NCBI GenBank assembly: GCA_964036045.1
Contig: OZ038379.1
Location: 31,310,001 to 31,374,000 of the forward strand
DNA from: Eutreptiella sp. 'Long Island Sound 2002'
Taxonomy: Eukaryota; Protista; Euglenida
Direction: 5' to 3'
Length of the DNA: 64,000 bases
Below are positions 23,845-37,200 of this stretch, piece by piece. The notes under the pieces are model-generated. The model made no database searches. It had not been told where the DNA came from and saw only the letters and a program-made list of their open reading frames with translations. Positions within the stretch are counted from its first letter, which is position 1; every line of letters begins with the position of its first letter. The position numbers and the translations under genes were made by a program.

Positions 23845-26800
23845 ATTGGCTGCCGCTTGCTGTCAACCCCATGGCAAATTATCTAATTTCGGTGGCATTT
23901 GATGAACAGTGGGGATTGATTTTTGAACTAGGCTTACGAGACTTGAACACCCCACCCTCGAGTTAACTTTTCAAGTGTCTCCGCATCCAATCAGACGAAA
24001 ACAACATTTGGCCTTGTAATGATACTATTTTCATCAATTTTGTCTTAGCTTTTTAAAAGCTCTTTTGAATCGAGCAAAAAATGAAGAAAAGCCAAATAGG
24101 TTTGTCGCACGGCCGTTTTTGCTTATTTTTTTGCTTGTTGTCATCCTGTCGGCTCCTTGGGCTGTTGCACCTCCTGGATACGGAATCCTACCTCTTAACA
24201 TGTTCAAAAAAATTGCTGATGTGTTTGGAGAGAACCGTGAAGATATATTCCTTTGGCTACCAAATGGGATGGACGACCGGTATGGTGTTTTGTGTAAAAT
24301 CATCACATTTGGGGAAAGGAATGCGCCAAGGGTTGTTGAAGGTGGCGGAAATGATGGCTTTGGTGATTTTGTTACATTCAACAACATTAAGAGAAAAAAT
24401 AGCAAGACCAACTTCAAGCAAGACCAACTTCAAAGACAGGTGAGTCCAATCTTTGTTTTCCCAAACACCTCATAGCACTTTGCAGAAGTTTGGAGCACTT
24501 TGTGACACTTCCGTGCAATACCTACCTTTTTCCGCCCATTTATGCAGTTCAACCCATCGGAGTTAATCTTGGGAGAGCCGGGGAGGGGGGTTGGAGCTGC
24601 AGAGAGCCAGGCACCATGTATGTTCATGGCCCCGTTCACAAACAACACATGTATTTCTGGTGAATGTTCCGGAGGAGCTGGACGATGGTTTTCACAACGC
24701 CAGACAACGACATGTGAGAAAATTGGGTAGCAAATGGTTTGAAGATTGTTCATGAACATACATGTCGAGGTGCACAGCGGAAAGGTATGTTTGCAATACT
24801 CCTGATTGAAACCTAGCAAGCAAAACACATATGAAAAAACACCGACCAGCTGTTTCGCCGGATCCGGTGAAATCGACCATAGATAACGAACATACAAATT
24901 TCGAGGACCATTGGTCCCCCCTTTTACTCCAAAAATGAAGTGTCCTACCTGTTGCGAAGTGTGAGGTCTTCAAACAATATCAACAACACATGAAACAATT
25001 GTCTGACACAACAATCCGGGTGTGTACTCGGGATGAAAAGAGGGTATTTATAGGTTGAGGTCATGCACTTCATGTACTGGGTACGCATATTTTAGTCCAA
25101 GTGTACGACAAGCACATTGGGGCATGCAAACACATTTTGCGGGATCCGGCTAAACTCAATTTGAAAGAAATTTTGGGAGATGTTTGCGGCCAAGATTGTA
25201 GAAAATCAGAAAAACAGGTTTTTATCCGGTTCCGCCGCACGGCTAAACATCCGTTGAAAGAAGAGGCTTGTTGCTAGCCGGGGTACCCCGAGGTGCATGT
25301 ACACATTAACGTCCCAAAGCGCTAGGAGCCGAGAAGTTGGAAGTTGAGATGAGTCACTAAGGATGCGAATTTCTATTGCAATTGCTTTTATGCTTTGTTT
25401 GGATAATTGTGTGCAGTGACAAATTACTCAGAAAAAAAAGGATAATGGAGCACACCGTCTCATGCAATGACACCCGTAGCATTGAGCACCAACTCGGTCA
25501 TCTAGGAATATCATGGGCACATTTTTTTGTGGTGCCATTGCATTGATCGTGCAGCACAACTAGAAAGAAGTGAATTTCAAATGGTAATTTGAGACTGAAA
25601 ACAACAAATGTGGAATTCAAGATATCGCTTTCAAATCTGAGTGAGATCAAAATGAATACAACAACAAGCAAAAAGCTACAACAGACTCTCAGGCGGTCAT
25701 CGCATTGGCGCGGAATGTACCAAATTCTGAGTGCATCTGGTCCTTCTTGTATACCGCACGAGAAACACATGTATGCACCTTTAATAGGCAATATTTGTGT
25801 GTGTATATCCCTTATTATGGCACACGGCACCAATGGATCAAATGCACGTACGATGTGCATGGGTTCATACATGGAAGCACCTCGATGTGCCATCTATTGA
25901 AATTTGTGACTCGGGGTGTTAATGCTCGGTTTGCTTGGAGAAAACACCGAGAGATGGTGCAAGAGAACACGTGCTCACAAATGCATCAATAGGCCGTACA
26001 GGACCAAACCGGATCCCTGTATGAAGCTTGCCATGGACCGTATGTCATAAGGGGCTCTGTTCTTTGTGTTGAACGCATGCTTTCGTGCATTGTGCATCAC
26101 TCACTAGATCTTCATAATAACGGATAAATAAATTTTTTCGATCTTGAAAATCCAATCCCTGTTACCTATGTATTTTGTGCTTGCCCTATGTGATTTGCAC
26201 CAAGGAAAAAATGAGAAGGACGTGCAAAGAATGTAATGCGATATAATGTAATGTGATACGATGAAGGAATGCTAGGGTTGGGGTATGGGCCATGAGATCA
26301 AGTTCAACATGCAGCTTTCCTTGCTATCCAACGCCTAATGTTGTTGTTGTGGTGAGCAGCCGCTGCAAGGTCACGGCCCCTTCCAATGCGAAAGAAACTA
26401 CTCGTGATTTGGGCTTTGCCAAGAGATCATGAAACACATGGTGGTGCCAAAATAGCTAATTTTGATGGCCAGGATACCCAGCACAAGAGAGCTCGTAAAA
26501 GCAACGGGGCATGCGGAAAAAGTGGCAAACAACAGGCACACGGTTGGGGAAGTTTTGTGTGTGCATGGACTGGTATGTATTGAACATAAGAAGCCCCAAG
26601 CTTAGAAAATGCATTGGGTAACATCCAATCCTTCCACACGACGCGTACAAGCATGGTCGCAAAAAATTTTCAACGCTTTTAAATGGGTGACGTTGTTGCA
26701 CCACACACTACCATCTTCTGGATACCATGAGCGGATTCATGACACGACACACCAAACCGCTCACCAATAAGTCGTAGAACTTGTAGGAGCTCCGTGGTAA

Positions 26801-29661
26801 TACACAAAGTCATATGAATTCAAAAGAAAACATGATTATGAACAAGGTTGTAAAAGCAAGAGCAAAAAGCACCATGAGCTTGATTTCGCGGTCATAGTTT
26901 TGGATATCTACTAAAGATGCTCTTGCTTGCCAACATACGTTATGCGTTGTCCACCTCCAACCTTGATTTCCGTTGGAGTGCTTACTGAGCACAGCTACCC
27001 TGCTTACCATGCACGTGACTTGTAACGACATGATGTTCATCAAATCACCCTGGTCAAGTCGAGGAGGCCATCATTGGTTGACCCGTGGGCTACCAACACG
27101 ATACCGCCAAGCAAAGTGCCATGGGGACTGCAAATGGTGTGGTTGCATCTCTTCAACTCTTGTGCTTTTCAAGGCTGATTTTGGCCATTTCTGATCCCAT
27201 AAAAAAGGTGCTTGAGGCCACTAGTTGGGTGCTAAAGTGAATACTTGCTGTCCCAATGTGATTGTTCATCATCGAGATTGGTTCTGATGCAAAATGGCCC
27301 CCTCCATGGACATCCTAGATACCCAAAATGCCGAAAACGTGGCACTTTTTTTGCCATTTGTGACAGACACTTGTCTGCCACTTGTGATGCCCGTTCCTGG
27401 CCGCCACTGTTGACTTTCTTGCTCAAACTTTGTGGATTGTTCTGCATACCAGTGGGTGCCATCTATCAAATTTTCAGCTGAATCCCAGCCACCACAACGG
27501 AGTTGTGATTTTTGCTGGTTTCGTGCATGCTTGCTTCTTGCCGCTTGCTGTTATTGCTGCTTGCTGCTGCTAAAAGGGGTAGCTGTACCCTAGACCCTGA
27601 AGAGGGTTATATAATCCCATTACACCCAATCCCAAGGCATGCACCTGTAAGCAAAGGCAGAGTTTCTTCAGAGAACAAGTATGTGGGCAAGTATCGCATG
27701 TTCCTTCTTACACTCGCACGTTCCTTCTCACACAAAATCCCGAAACGGTTGTCCCATGCATGGCTGGAGGACCAATGGGACCAAAAACAGGCAGGTGCAG
27801 AGGGGATGTGGTGAGAAACCAGCTGTGCCATTGGAGGGATTGATACCATCATTTGTACGCTTCAAGAGCCTGGCATGGCCCCAGGCAGCACACCGGCGTT
27901 TCCCAGTCACCCTGGCAGTCGTGTATCCCCAAGAGTCTGCAGCCCAGAAAGCGTGGAACGATCGAACGATCAAGGTCAAGCTTGTAATGCAGAGAAAGAT
28001 GCCAAGCTGGAGCCCACCCAGCCATCCCACATGAACTCTTCCCAACCTACTCCGAGGCCACTCCACTGCCCCGTGGCCTCTGTTGTCAGAGAAATCCGAA
28101 CTATTTCAAATCATCAACTCATTGAGCCTTGACATTTTGTCTGGCAGCCCGGCAACATAAGTGTTTAGCGGTCACTCAGCGTCCTATGCCGTGACCGAGG
28201 ATGCATGGCATCGTTGTCCCTGATTCAAAATACACACATCCTGTCACATGCACAAGAACAAAGCCCACGGAAATGGAAATGAAAGGTCGGATATCACACG
28301 CAGGCACTTCCTGCGGACACACACATACAAAAGATTTCTTTGTTGCTGCCCTCCATGCACCAGAACACGCATCGCTTCCAGCCAATGCGATACATTATGT
28401 TCCAAGTGGGGCTACATGCGCCGGAAAGGAAGGAACGGAGATGGACAATAGAAACGTGCAGGTTTTGGGGGCCGAAAGAAGACTTCAGCTGGTGACAAGA
28501 AGGCGCCAAGGGTGCACACCCCCTCCTTGAATGCGGGAAAGGATAACAAAATTCCACAACCAGCAACTTCTGCTGGCAGCAGTGGGTCATCCATTGTCAC
28601 GAGATCCCCCAGGGATTGCGGGGGAATCCACTATAAACATTCCCGTGCAATCCTGCAGTCGCTGCAACTTAACTGTACAAATGCACGTGAAAAGCAAAAG
28701 GTGCTGCAGTTCTGCCACATGCACAGATGTGTCGAAATGGAGTGGATTCCCAACCAGGATACCCAGACTATAGTGCAAAACCCATGCCCTGGCCCCTGAC
28801 ACTGGGTGGGGCATGTTGCAACACCGAGGGCCAGTCTTCAAAACTAACTCCGTCTGGCGGCCCTGATGACCCCTCAAAGGGCAAGGACTGCAAAATCAAA
28901 GTGGGCGGATGCAGATCAACCCCTTTTCCAGTGGGACGCATGACGCTTTTTTGTTGGTCAAGCTCAATCAGAGTGCCGACTCCACAAATGCACGTGCGTA
29001 CGTGGGTGCAACACCTGCCCTCCTGTCTTCCCACCATGATGCGCAAATTGATATGCGCACAAAATACTCGGCATCTGCACAAACGCAGGGATGTTCTGTT
29101 GGGGCTTGTCAGCAGCAGAGTTCTTGAGGCTGGTTAATGGCAAGTTAGGAGAGTGAACTGTAGACCAAAGCACCTAATCCAGGTGATCAAGTCAAGGTGC
29201 ATATCACCAAATGTTACCCATCAGTGGCACGCTGCATTTCAAGCAACGCCCTGAGAAGGTGTTGCACTGTCCCTTCAAGTTTCATTGTCCTCATCCCAGA
29301 GTCTCCATTGGACCCCTTGAGCCTCCTTCAGACCCCCTTCAGACCCTTCTCCCCTGCGTCTTCGTGTCTAATCACGCTAACTTGAGGTGTACACTTGACG
29401 GCTGGCGAGATTGCACGGACAATGCTGGCCATCAAACACCGCCATAGCCACAAGAACATACCACACAACTAAAAAATAGCCCCATTCGAAGACTAAAAAG
29501 CTTGCCCTTGTGCCCCAAAATTTGGGTGCCATTTTCACCACGACTGCCTAAGCGCCCACGGGATAAGACCGAGGCATTTTGGCGCGTATCGGGGCCCGTC
29601 CTGCTGGCAATATTGCTACACCCAAAGTTTACGCAAGCGTATCCGACAAGTTCGCCTACCC

Positions 29662-31978
29662 CTAGCCATCGGTGTCTGACCCTATATCCAGTGCCATCAT
29701 GTCCGAGGTAAACGCGCCGCCGGGCTTGCGCCACTCCGGTGTGTCGCTGGCCCATTGCGACTGCCCATTGTCCATGCCTCCCACCATATCCAGCTCCATT
29801 CCAGCTGCATCCCCAGGGTCACTGCAGTCGCTGCTGCGCTTGGGATGGATCCCTTGAAGGCCATTCAGAGATAGGCCGAAAGTAGACATATTGTAGCGCG
29901 CGCGCTGTCGCATGAAGAAGAAGACACGGCCAGCGCGAGCGGTGTAGCGGAGGGTAATGATCAACACGTCGGCCCATTCATACGTCTGGAGGAAGGCGGT
30001 TCGCAGGATGCGGGAGCACGGTAAAGGGGCGGATGGCATGGGCACTCACGGACTGGTTGTGCTGCCGCACCTGCCAAATTAACTTCCACAACAAAGCAAT
30101 GGGGACGGCGCAAATCGGAGAACAAAAAGCTGGTGCCAACATAGCACTCACTTGAGAAACCTGTTTTGCCCACTCACTGTTTCATTCATTGTACCTTGCA
30201 ACCTTTGTCCTTGGGGGATTGAGTAATGAAGGGACGGTGCTTCGCAGGTAGGTAGAGGGAGGGTGGCACTAAGGGATACGAAATTGCACTCCTCTAGCAG
30301 ACACTGCCTCCGGCACACACTACGTTGATTTGCATAGCAACGCCATGGGGATGGGGCGCAGTTGTTCCTTGTGCCCTTCAAACCCCATGGTCCTTAGGAA
30401 ATGAGCAACCGAAGCACTTCAAACGCGACCTATCCAGCGCCGGGCTCAATGCTTGCACACGTCGGCTCATCGGAATGTTGACGTTTTTGGTTTCATCGCA
30501 GTACTTTGGGAATTGAGCCCCGATGTTTTGGACAAATGGGACCAAAACGAAAAACTTCGTTGTTTCAGTCCGAAGGCATCTCTTGGACTTCAATTTTGGG
30601 GAGCGCACGCACATCTTCGAACAGAGACATATACGTGATTGGAACACCGATGTTCTTCAAAGGTTTTGCTTGTGGTGTTGTCATTTGGCCAACATGTGGT
30701 GTGTTCCCGGCGGAATTGAACGACGGCCATTTCGGAAGTGCACTCGTGCTTGGGATTGATCCGGTGCCGGTGCACCTACCTTGCTCGGGGTTTTCGTCGT
30801 GACGCGACATGCGAACCAAAGCCCACGGAATCCAAAATTCTTGGACCACGGTGATAAGGGGGCGAGAATCGGCCCATGAAAGGGTCAAGTGGGTCATGAT
30901 CGGCTCTGTCATGGCTAGATCAGGGTCGGATGGGTCCTAGTCTAGTGGCTTTTGGCCACTCGCTGATTCACGCAACACACGACCTGTACATTCAACTTGC
31001 CCAAGACTTCCACGTAGGCCACCATACTCGCCACACAGAGAGCAAATTCCACGTTGTTGAACATGCTTGATCGAAAATACATGCCCTTTTGGACCGCAAT
31101 CTAAAGGTGTAAAAGAGCATCTTGGAGGGGTGCTCGATGTATGTGGGGTGTGGGGCACGGAGGTCAGACACGAAGTTTAGAGCGAGGTGTTAAAAAGGCC
31201 TACGAGATTCGCCCGTCGCCCTAGTATATATTAGGTGCTTCAAGTTTCCCGGGTCGGATGGGAAGTGCGCAGGCCCCACTCCTATGTGCCTGCAAGGCAT
31301 GTGATTCCGGTTTTTGACGTATGGCGTGGCGGCAACGTCCTACCGCCCCGAGACGGGATCCCGAGACGGGAAATGGAGGGACGGGCGATCACTAGGGTTT
31401 TCAACTCGACCTTACCCCAACACTCCCTCGTGGGACGTCGGAAAGCAACGTTACCGGACCGGTGTGTTTGACGAACCCCCAAAGTAGTGACCCTATTGAT
31501 GGTTTTCGTGCACATTGATTTCCATTCGAAAAATTGCTCTCCAAGGTAGCGGGTAGCGCAAAAAAGCACTCGGTCATCCTAGAAATACAGGTCTAACCCA
31601 CGTGGCAAGAAGCAATTGTTCAAACGAATGAATTCATCAACAAAAGGACTCGAAAGTGAAAGCGCAAGTGGGTAACTTGGGGTTTTGCACGGCACAAATG
31701 GTGTCACCTCCACATACCCAACCTCCCACATTATGTAAGATGGCAAACCTTCTCCGGGTACATGGCTAACATACTTGCAAGAAAATCTCGGTCGAAAATA
31801 GCATGGTCAAAATGCCTTCCAATGCTATAAACCAGAACGGATGGGGATGTCGAAGTCGAAAGCTAAGAAAGATCACCACCAAGCTCAAGAGGACCATAAC
31901 ACCGTAGAAGTATCCATAAGCCCGAGAAAAGCGGACAATGCTTAAGTAGTCTTTCAACGTCAACACGTCATGTGACAT
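29662..31978 (-). CDS. Stand-alone voltage-sensor-domain (Ion_trans S1-S4) membrane protein, ~221 aa
   Basis: Exons 31978-31775, 31100-30984, probable micro-exon 30070-30050, and 29985-29662; all GT-AG and phase 0. Four TM segments: S1 YGYFYGVMVLLSLVVIFLSF, S2 WFIALEGILTMLFSTEIFL, S3 FNNVEFALCVASMVAY, S4 ADVLIITLRYTARAGRVFFFMRQR. No pore segments follow. Confidence 0.82.
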
Positions 31979-32423
31979 GACGAGTCATGCAACAAAGGAC
32001 TTGACCGAAGGAGGAACCGACGGAACACGCACTCAAGTACACTGCTAGGTGGTCACCTATGGTGTCGTGATATTATCGACACAGCAACGAAGACGCAACA
32101 CATGGCGTTTTCGGGTGCAGGAGAAAGTGATGTACGATGTACCAAAGCACAATCGAGTCCGCAATTCGTACATACGGGTTCTCAAAAGAGCAACGGGATG
32201 ACGGGCACTGTGGGTTAGCTTTCCGCTTCCTTGTGCACCACTGCTCAAGTGGCGGGCCTGCCCGTTGCCCCCCTCCCTCCCTCATCTCGGCGTGATCAGT
32301 AGGCCCGCCTGCGGCGCTGTGCTTGGCTATCATAGTGTGGCAACACCCCATGTTTTGTGCCACGCTTGCCTTCGCTTGCTTCCCTCTCGAATGTGAACGG
32401 CGGCCCGCGCACAACATTTTTCA

Positions 32424-33000
32424 TGTACCCACCCATATACTAAGGATGTGTGTCATTTTTGTGTGGCCGCCTCCTGTTCTACCTCCTGTCGTGCCTCCTG
32501 TTGGACAGGAGGCAACCTCCTGTCTGGATAGGAGGCAAGCTGTCCAGACTAGAGGATGCCTCCTGTCTAACAGGAGGCAAAACAGGAGGCAGGAACAGGA
32601 GGCAGTTAGCCTCCTGTTAAACAGGAAGTGCCTCCTACTTGCCATGTGAGCAAAAAAAACAAGATAATCTTTGATGCATTCATTGGACATGTCAAAACCC
32701 ATGATGTATGATACAAGTTTCATGTTGTCACTCACTATCTTGTGCCACGTGTGCATTCTTGCATACATACCATGCAAAACGCATGTGGCCTCCTGCTTTG
32801 CATGGTACATGTCTCCGACCTGCTTCTTGTTTCGCAGGAGGCTGCCTCTTGTTTGATGGGATGCCGCCTCCTCTCCAAACACACAGTAGCCTCCTATTAA
32901 ACAGGAGGCAGGTATCCGTCCAAACAGGAGGCACCTTCTGTTTGACAGGAGGTGCCTCTGCCTCCTGTTCTGAAAAATGACACACATATGGGTGGGTACA
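32424..33000. mobile_element. Non-autonomous TIR element packed with CAGGAGGC/GCCTCCTG repeats
   Basis: Left end tgtacccacccatat[9-nt insertion]gtgtgtcattttt is the reverse complement of right end aaaaatgacacacatatgggtgggtaca. The interior has more than 20 copies of the 8-mer in both orientations. Confidence 0.75.
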
Positions 33001-33004
33001 CAAT

Positions 33005-34284
33005 TTGTCAAAAACGACCTCTCCTCGTCAGGTGGCAAGTTAACGGGCAATTGTGCGTGCACTAGTCCAGGAGCTTGATCAACAAAGCATAGAAGACAAA
33101 GAATACACAACCCGGTTGCACGGCCTCGGCATTCTCCTTGGGGAGTGCCTCCAGGCACGCCTCGACAAAAGCGACCTGAAGGCGGCCGATGGCCATGCAG
33201 CATTGCCAGCAATGGAGGATGCATAGGGTGATTTGCCGATAAGCCAGCTGTTGCCAAATGACGTGCCCAGAGCTGCGCGGGTCACGGTCAAGCTTAGTGA
33301 GTGATGTCACTGATTAGTTGGCAAAATCTAAACATATGTACGCGTAGGGCTTGACCCAGGCTACTCAGAAATGCCTTCATTGGTTTGTTTTGACACGATT
33401 TACCCCATGGAGGGAGAGGGTTTTGCTAAAGAGTTCACTGCCCAACAGCAGTTCTTTGCTGATTTCTGTTCAGTACCGGTCACGGTCGCGCTTCGGGAGA
33501 GGGTTCGCGCAAAAATTAAGTTGGTCATCTTGTAGAGGATGATCCACCCTACTCATATATACCAATTCTTCATGAAATGGACACATCTACCCCAAACTAT
33601 GAGGCACGCCTCATAGCTCAACACAAGCCCGGGAAGAGGCAGCCTCCCTGGCTGCGACCAAGTATTGAGCCACCCCAAGTGAGGCAGCCCGCACCGGTCG
33701 ACCACTACGATTTACGGATGCATCTTCCAGATTTTTGAGAGGAGAATGGTCATGATGACTCATCCCCTCCCCTCATCAGAATCTGGTCGTGAGCAAGGAA
33801 CAAAGTCTAGAACCGCGTCTAGATTTGCGTTCTTTTCTTTGTAGCTTTCTTCTTCATTATCCGACTCTTCAACGTCACTTGCAGAAAACAGCAGTCCCTC
33901 TGAATTGCTTGACTGCTCCCTGCTCAAACCCACACTACTCTCCGTTTCATCGAGTAGAGCAGCCGCAAAAAGGATCTTTTTGACCCAACTGGAGACTCGT
34001 GGAATCTGTCCACTTGAAGGACAAAGAAAACTGTCCTTCATCAAGACCAGGGTGGCTGTTTTCCATGGACACTGTTGAGAAAAACAAGAAAACCGTAGTG
34101 AAAAGCACGAGGTACCAGCAGTGCCAAAGGCAGAAAAAGAGCCCAACCTGAAAAACCCACAGGAATCGTCCCTCCTACCTAGCCTGGGTCCGTAGCTACC
34201 CGTAGAACCACAATTTACAAAATTTGGTGCTATGTAGCGCTCAAACGAGCCGTCACTATGACCTGCGGCGAATATGCTCGCCAT
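33005..34284 (-). pseudogene. Decayed coding sequence of unknown family (probably transposon-derived)
   Basis: 174-codon open stretch with an acidic tract (ASDVEESDNEEES), followed by protein-like frames broken by stops. No motif confidently assigned. Confidence 0.3.
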
Positions 34285-37200
34285 TTGGCAAATGCCGCAT
34301 TTAGCTCACCCCCCCGAGGGCGCTCTGTGGCCAGCGGTACATCTGGCGATTTTTACCACCAAATCTGGATTTTTTACATCAATCGAGAGCCTGGCTCTCA
34401 ATCTGTAGATCCATCCAGAAAAATCCTGCAGATCCCAAAACAATCTTGAGAAATCGACGCGACTGTGACCCACGGGCGGCAAATGCTCGGAAATTTCGGC
34501 AAATCACCCTAGGAAAACCCGACACCGGTCAACCACGATGTGAGGTTCCGGCACTGCTTCACTACCGCTACCAGCGGGCTGGTAAGGGAAAACCCCGCTA
34601 ACTTGGACTGAACCGCGACGCGCAGAGTTTTGAGATTTTCTCGAAATTTTTGGCAGATGAAAGGTTGAGACGCTGGGAATGTCTTTTTCAGGTGTCTGTT
34701 TACCAGGTGAGCTATCTGTAATGTCGTCGAGTCGTCGATTTCGCAGTGTAATTTGGTCAAACTTTTAGACACTTAGAGGACCACTTTTTACCCCAACCCC
34801 ACTAACTTGGACTGAGTTGTATGTAGACGCATTTGAATAACTTTGTGCCACTGTTTGCGTTCGAAGTGGTGTTTTTTGCATTGGACAGCTTGCAGCTGTC
34901 TAGTCATGTCGAAAACGTGGTTTGAGTTGTCTTTTGGTTGGTCCTGTGTTGTACTTGTTGGGGGTTTGTTCCCTTAAAGTGAAACTTTGGTCATTGGTCA
35001 TGTACTCTGAGCATGCCATGTCCTTGAGACATGATGGGTTGGATCTCGACATGTCCCATGTTTCGAGTTTAGAAGTTCGTTTTTGGGTGTTTGGCCACAG
35101 GGTGATGTACGTTTTATGGGTTTAACTCGTGGTTAGGGTCCCTTTCCATAGGTCACAAGTTCGTTGTTCGGCCGTTGGGGTGTTTGGACCAATTCTGCAC
35201 ATGTTGGTTGGGAGGGAGATGTGCAATTGTGAAGATTGTTTGCTTTTGCCACCAAAATGTGGCTTGCATCTGCCTGCACAAGAGTCATAGAGTACAAGTT
35301 AGTGTCAACCTATATTGGTTACCATTGCACTTCAATATCTCTGCATAATAGCTCACGGGGCTTTAACATCAACCTACAAGCTTTCCAAGCTATCCTTTCC
35401 TTATGCACCCAAACACTTTTTATTGTACGATATAGCACTCTTGAGTTGGTACTCTAGGGTGCCACTTTTCTACCCCCCCACTCTTGTGGTAAGATGTACT
35501 CTTGTGGTAAGGTGTGATATGGGGTGTTCTTTTTGTGTTCAAGAGGTCTTTGTAGCACCAAAAGGCACCGGTGACCAAGGAAGGCTCACACTAAGGCCCA
35601 CACAAAAGTCCTTGGAGGTCTTGGAGTGGCACACTTTGGGAACAACAAACCACCTCAAAAAGTGGCCACTCCGAGCTACACCAACGACTACAAACAAGTG
35701 CCAACCTTACTTGGTCACCATTTTTGTTTGATACCTTTCCTTGTTATGGAAAGGGGCGTCAATATGGAAAACAAGCTTTCCAAAGGTGCACACTATCCTT
35801 ACTTTGTGTTGCCAAACACTTGTTGCCACCAAGAAGTAGCCATTCAAAAGAGCTTCACTTTTCTACCCCTCCACCCTTAGGCTAAGGTCTGACCATCCCT
35901 AGGGCTGTGACGGATAGGGTGTGTTCTTTTTGTGTTAAGAAGGTCTTCCGAACTCAAAAAAGTTCCAAGGAAAACTCACCTTTGGGGCAAAGTTTTGGCC
36001 CAAGCACCTCTTTGGCCCCTCCCTTCACCATTAGGCTCAATGATGGAAATGGGCCAATGATTGTGCACAATGTGACCGAAAGTGGTCAAGTTTGTAACTC
36101 AACCGAGGTGCCCGAGGGGCCCAGGGGCCGTCGACAACCTCGGCGCATGGCTCGGAAAAGCCAGCAGCCGCCGGCTTCGGCCGGTGGCTTGGTTTTTTTT
36201 AAAAAATTTCGTCGGAGGGACCAAATCAATAAATGATATTTTCGGGCGACGTCGCAGGCGAACCAAAGGTTCAATGGGTAAAGCCGGGAGTATTATGTGT
36301 AGGAGGGAGTACTGTGGCGGTTCGAGTCACGCCGACTCCCATTTTTTGCGTTTGGGGGGACTGGCGCGCAGTCAGATTTCGGCGCGCATCGGCGCGCGCC
36401 AGTCCAACAGGCGGGGTAGGCTAATCTAAGTCGCGGGGTTTTCCCTTATGCACCCATTATGCAAGCGTGTGACATTATACTTAATTTGTGCATACCAAAA
36501 AATTGCTTACGTGATCAAGGACCCATATCACGCTCTTCTGTTGTGTGATGTAGCTATGGCTGTGCTTTTCATGTCGTGCCACTGACGAGTCCTGCGCGTT
36601 GCCTCACAAACCTAGTCACGGAGATTGCCTTTGAGCATCGTCCAAGATATTCACTCATCTTGTTGCCCGTTCGTCGCATCATCGGCTTATCATTGGTGGG
36701 TGCTACCCTTGGTCCCCCTTCAAAGCACTTCTGTGCCCTCCCACCATCATTGTCATTAGCCCGCAGACCTACCCCTTGTGGACCCCTCCCCCTTGTGGAC
36801 CGACAAAACGGAGGGTGTCGGACAAACAAGCCCGAATTTCAACTTTACGACGTGGTCACATCACATTCGCAGGTTAATGGCCGTTTGCTCTTGTGTCTCA
36901 TTTGCTCTTGTTAGTCTCTATGAAGTATGACTTCAATTGTTGCAAAGCATCTTGAGCATTAAGGGGGGTCTGGAGTTCAATTGCAGGCAACTACTTTCAT
37001 CGTCTCATATCTTTGCTAGCAAAACGCAAAACTAGTTCCTCGATGAAGATTACCTCCCGGAGACTTAGCATCAATTTCTCTCATTGTAGCCTCTCTCTCC
37101 GCAAAGTTACGCCTCTCAAAAGAGATCACCACCTAGACGTGCGTTCACTCACTTACGGAAGAGCAACACAAGAATCAAGGTGTGGTGTATTGCAAAAATG

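Noticed and set aside
24065-29400. Additional multi-exon gene(s): exon-like pieces at ~24065-24440 (+), ~24760-24815, ~25590-25700 and ~26810-26910 (-, hydrophobic C-terminus)
   Set aside because: Could not join them into a consistent-phase model or recognise a domain; needs RNA-seq.
33300-33760. piggyBac transposase remnant (…YKMTNL…, …MKAFLSSL…)
   Set aside because: The matches fall in different frames from the most protein-like frame, and no TTAA-CCC termini were found.
36286-36341. Canonical tRNA gene
   Set aside because: Too short, with no D-arm or anticodon arm; kept only as a low-level finding.
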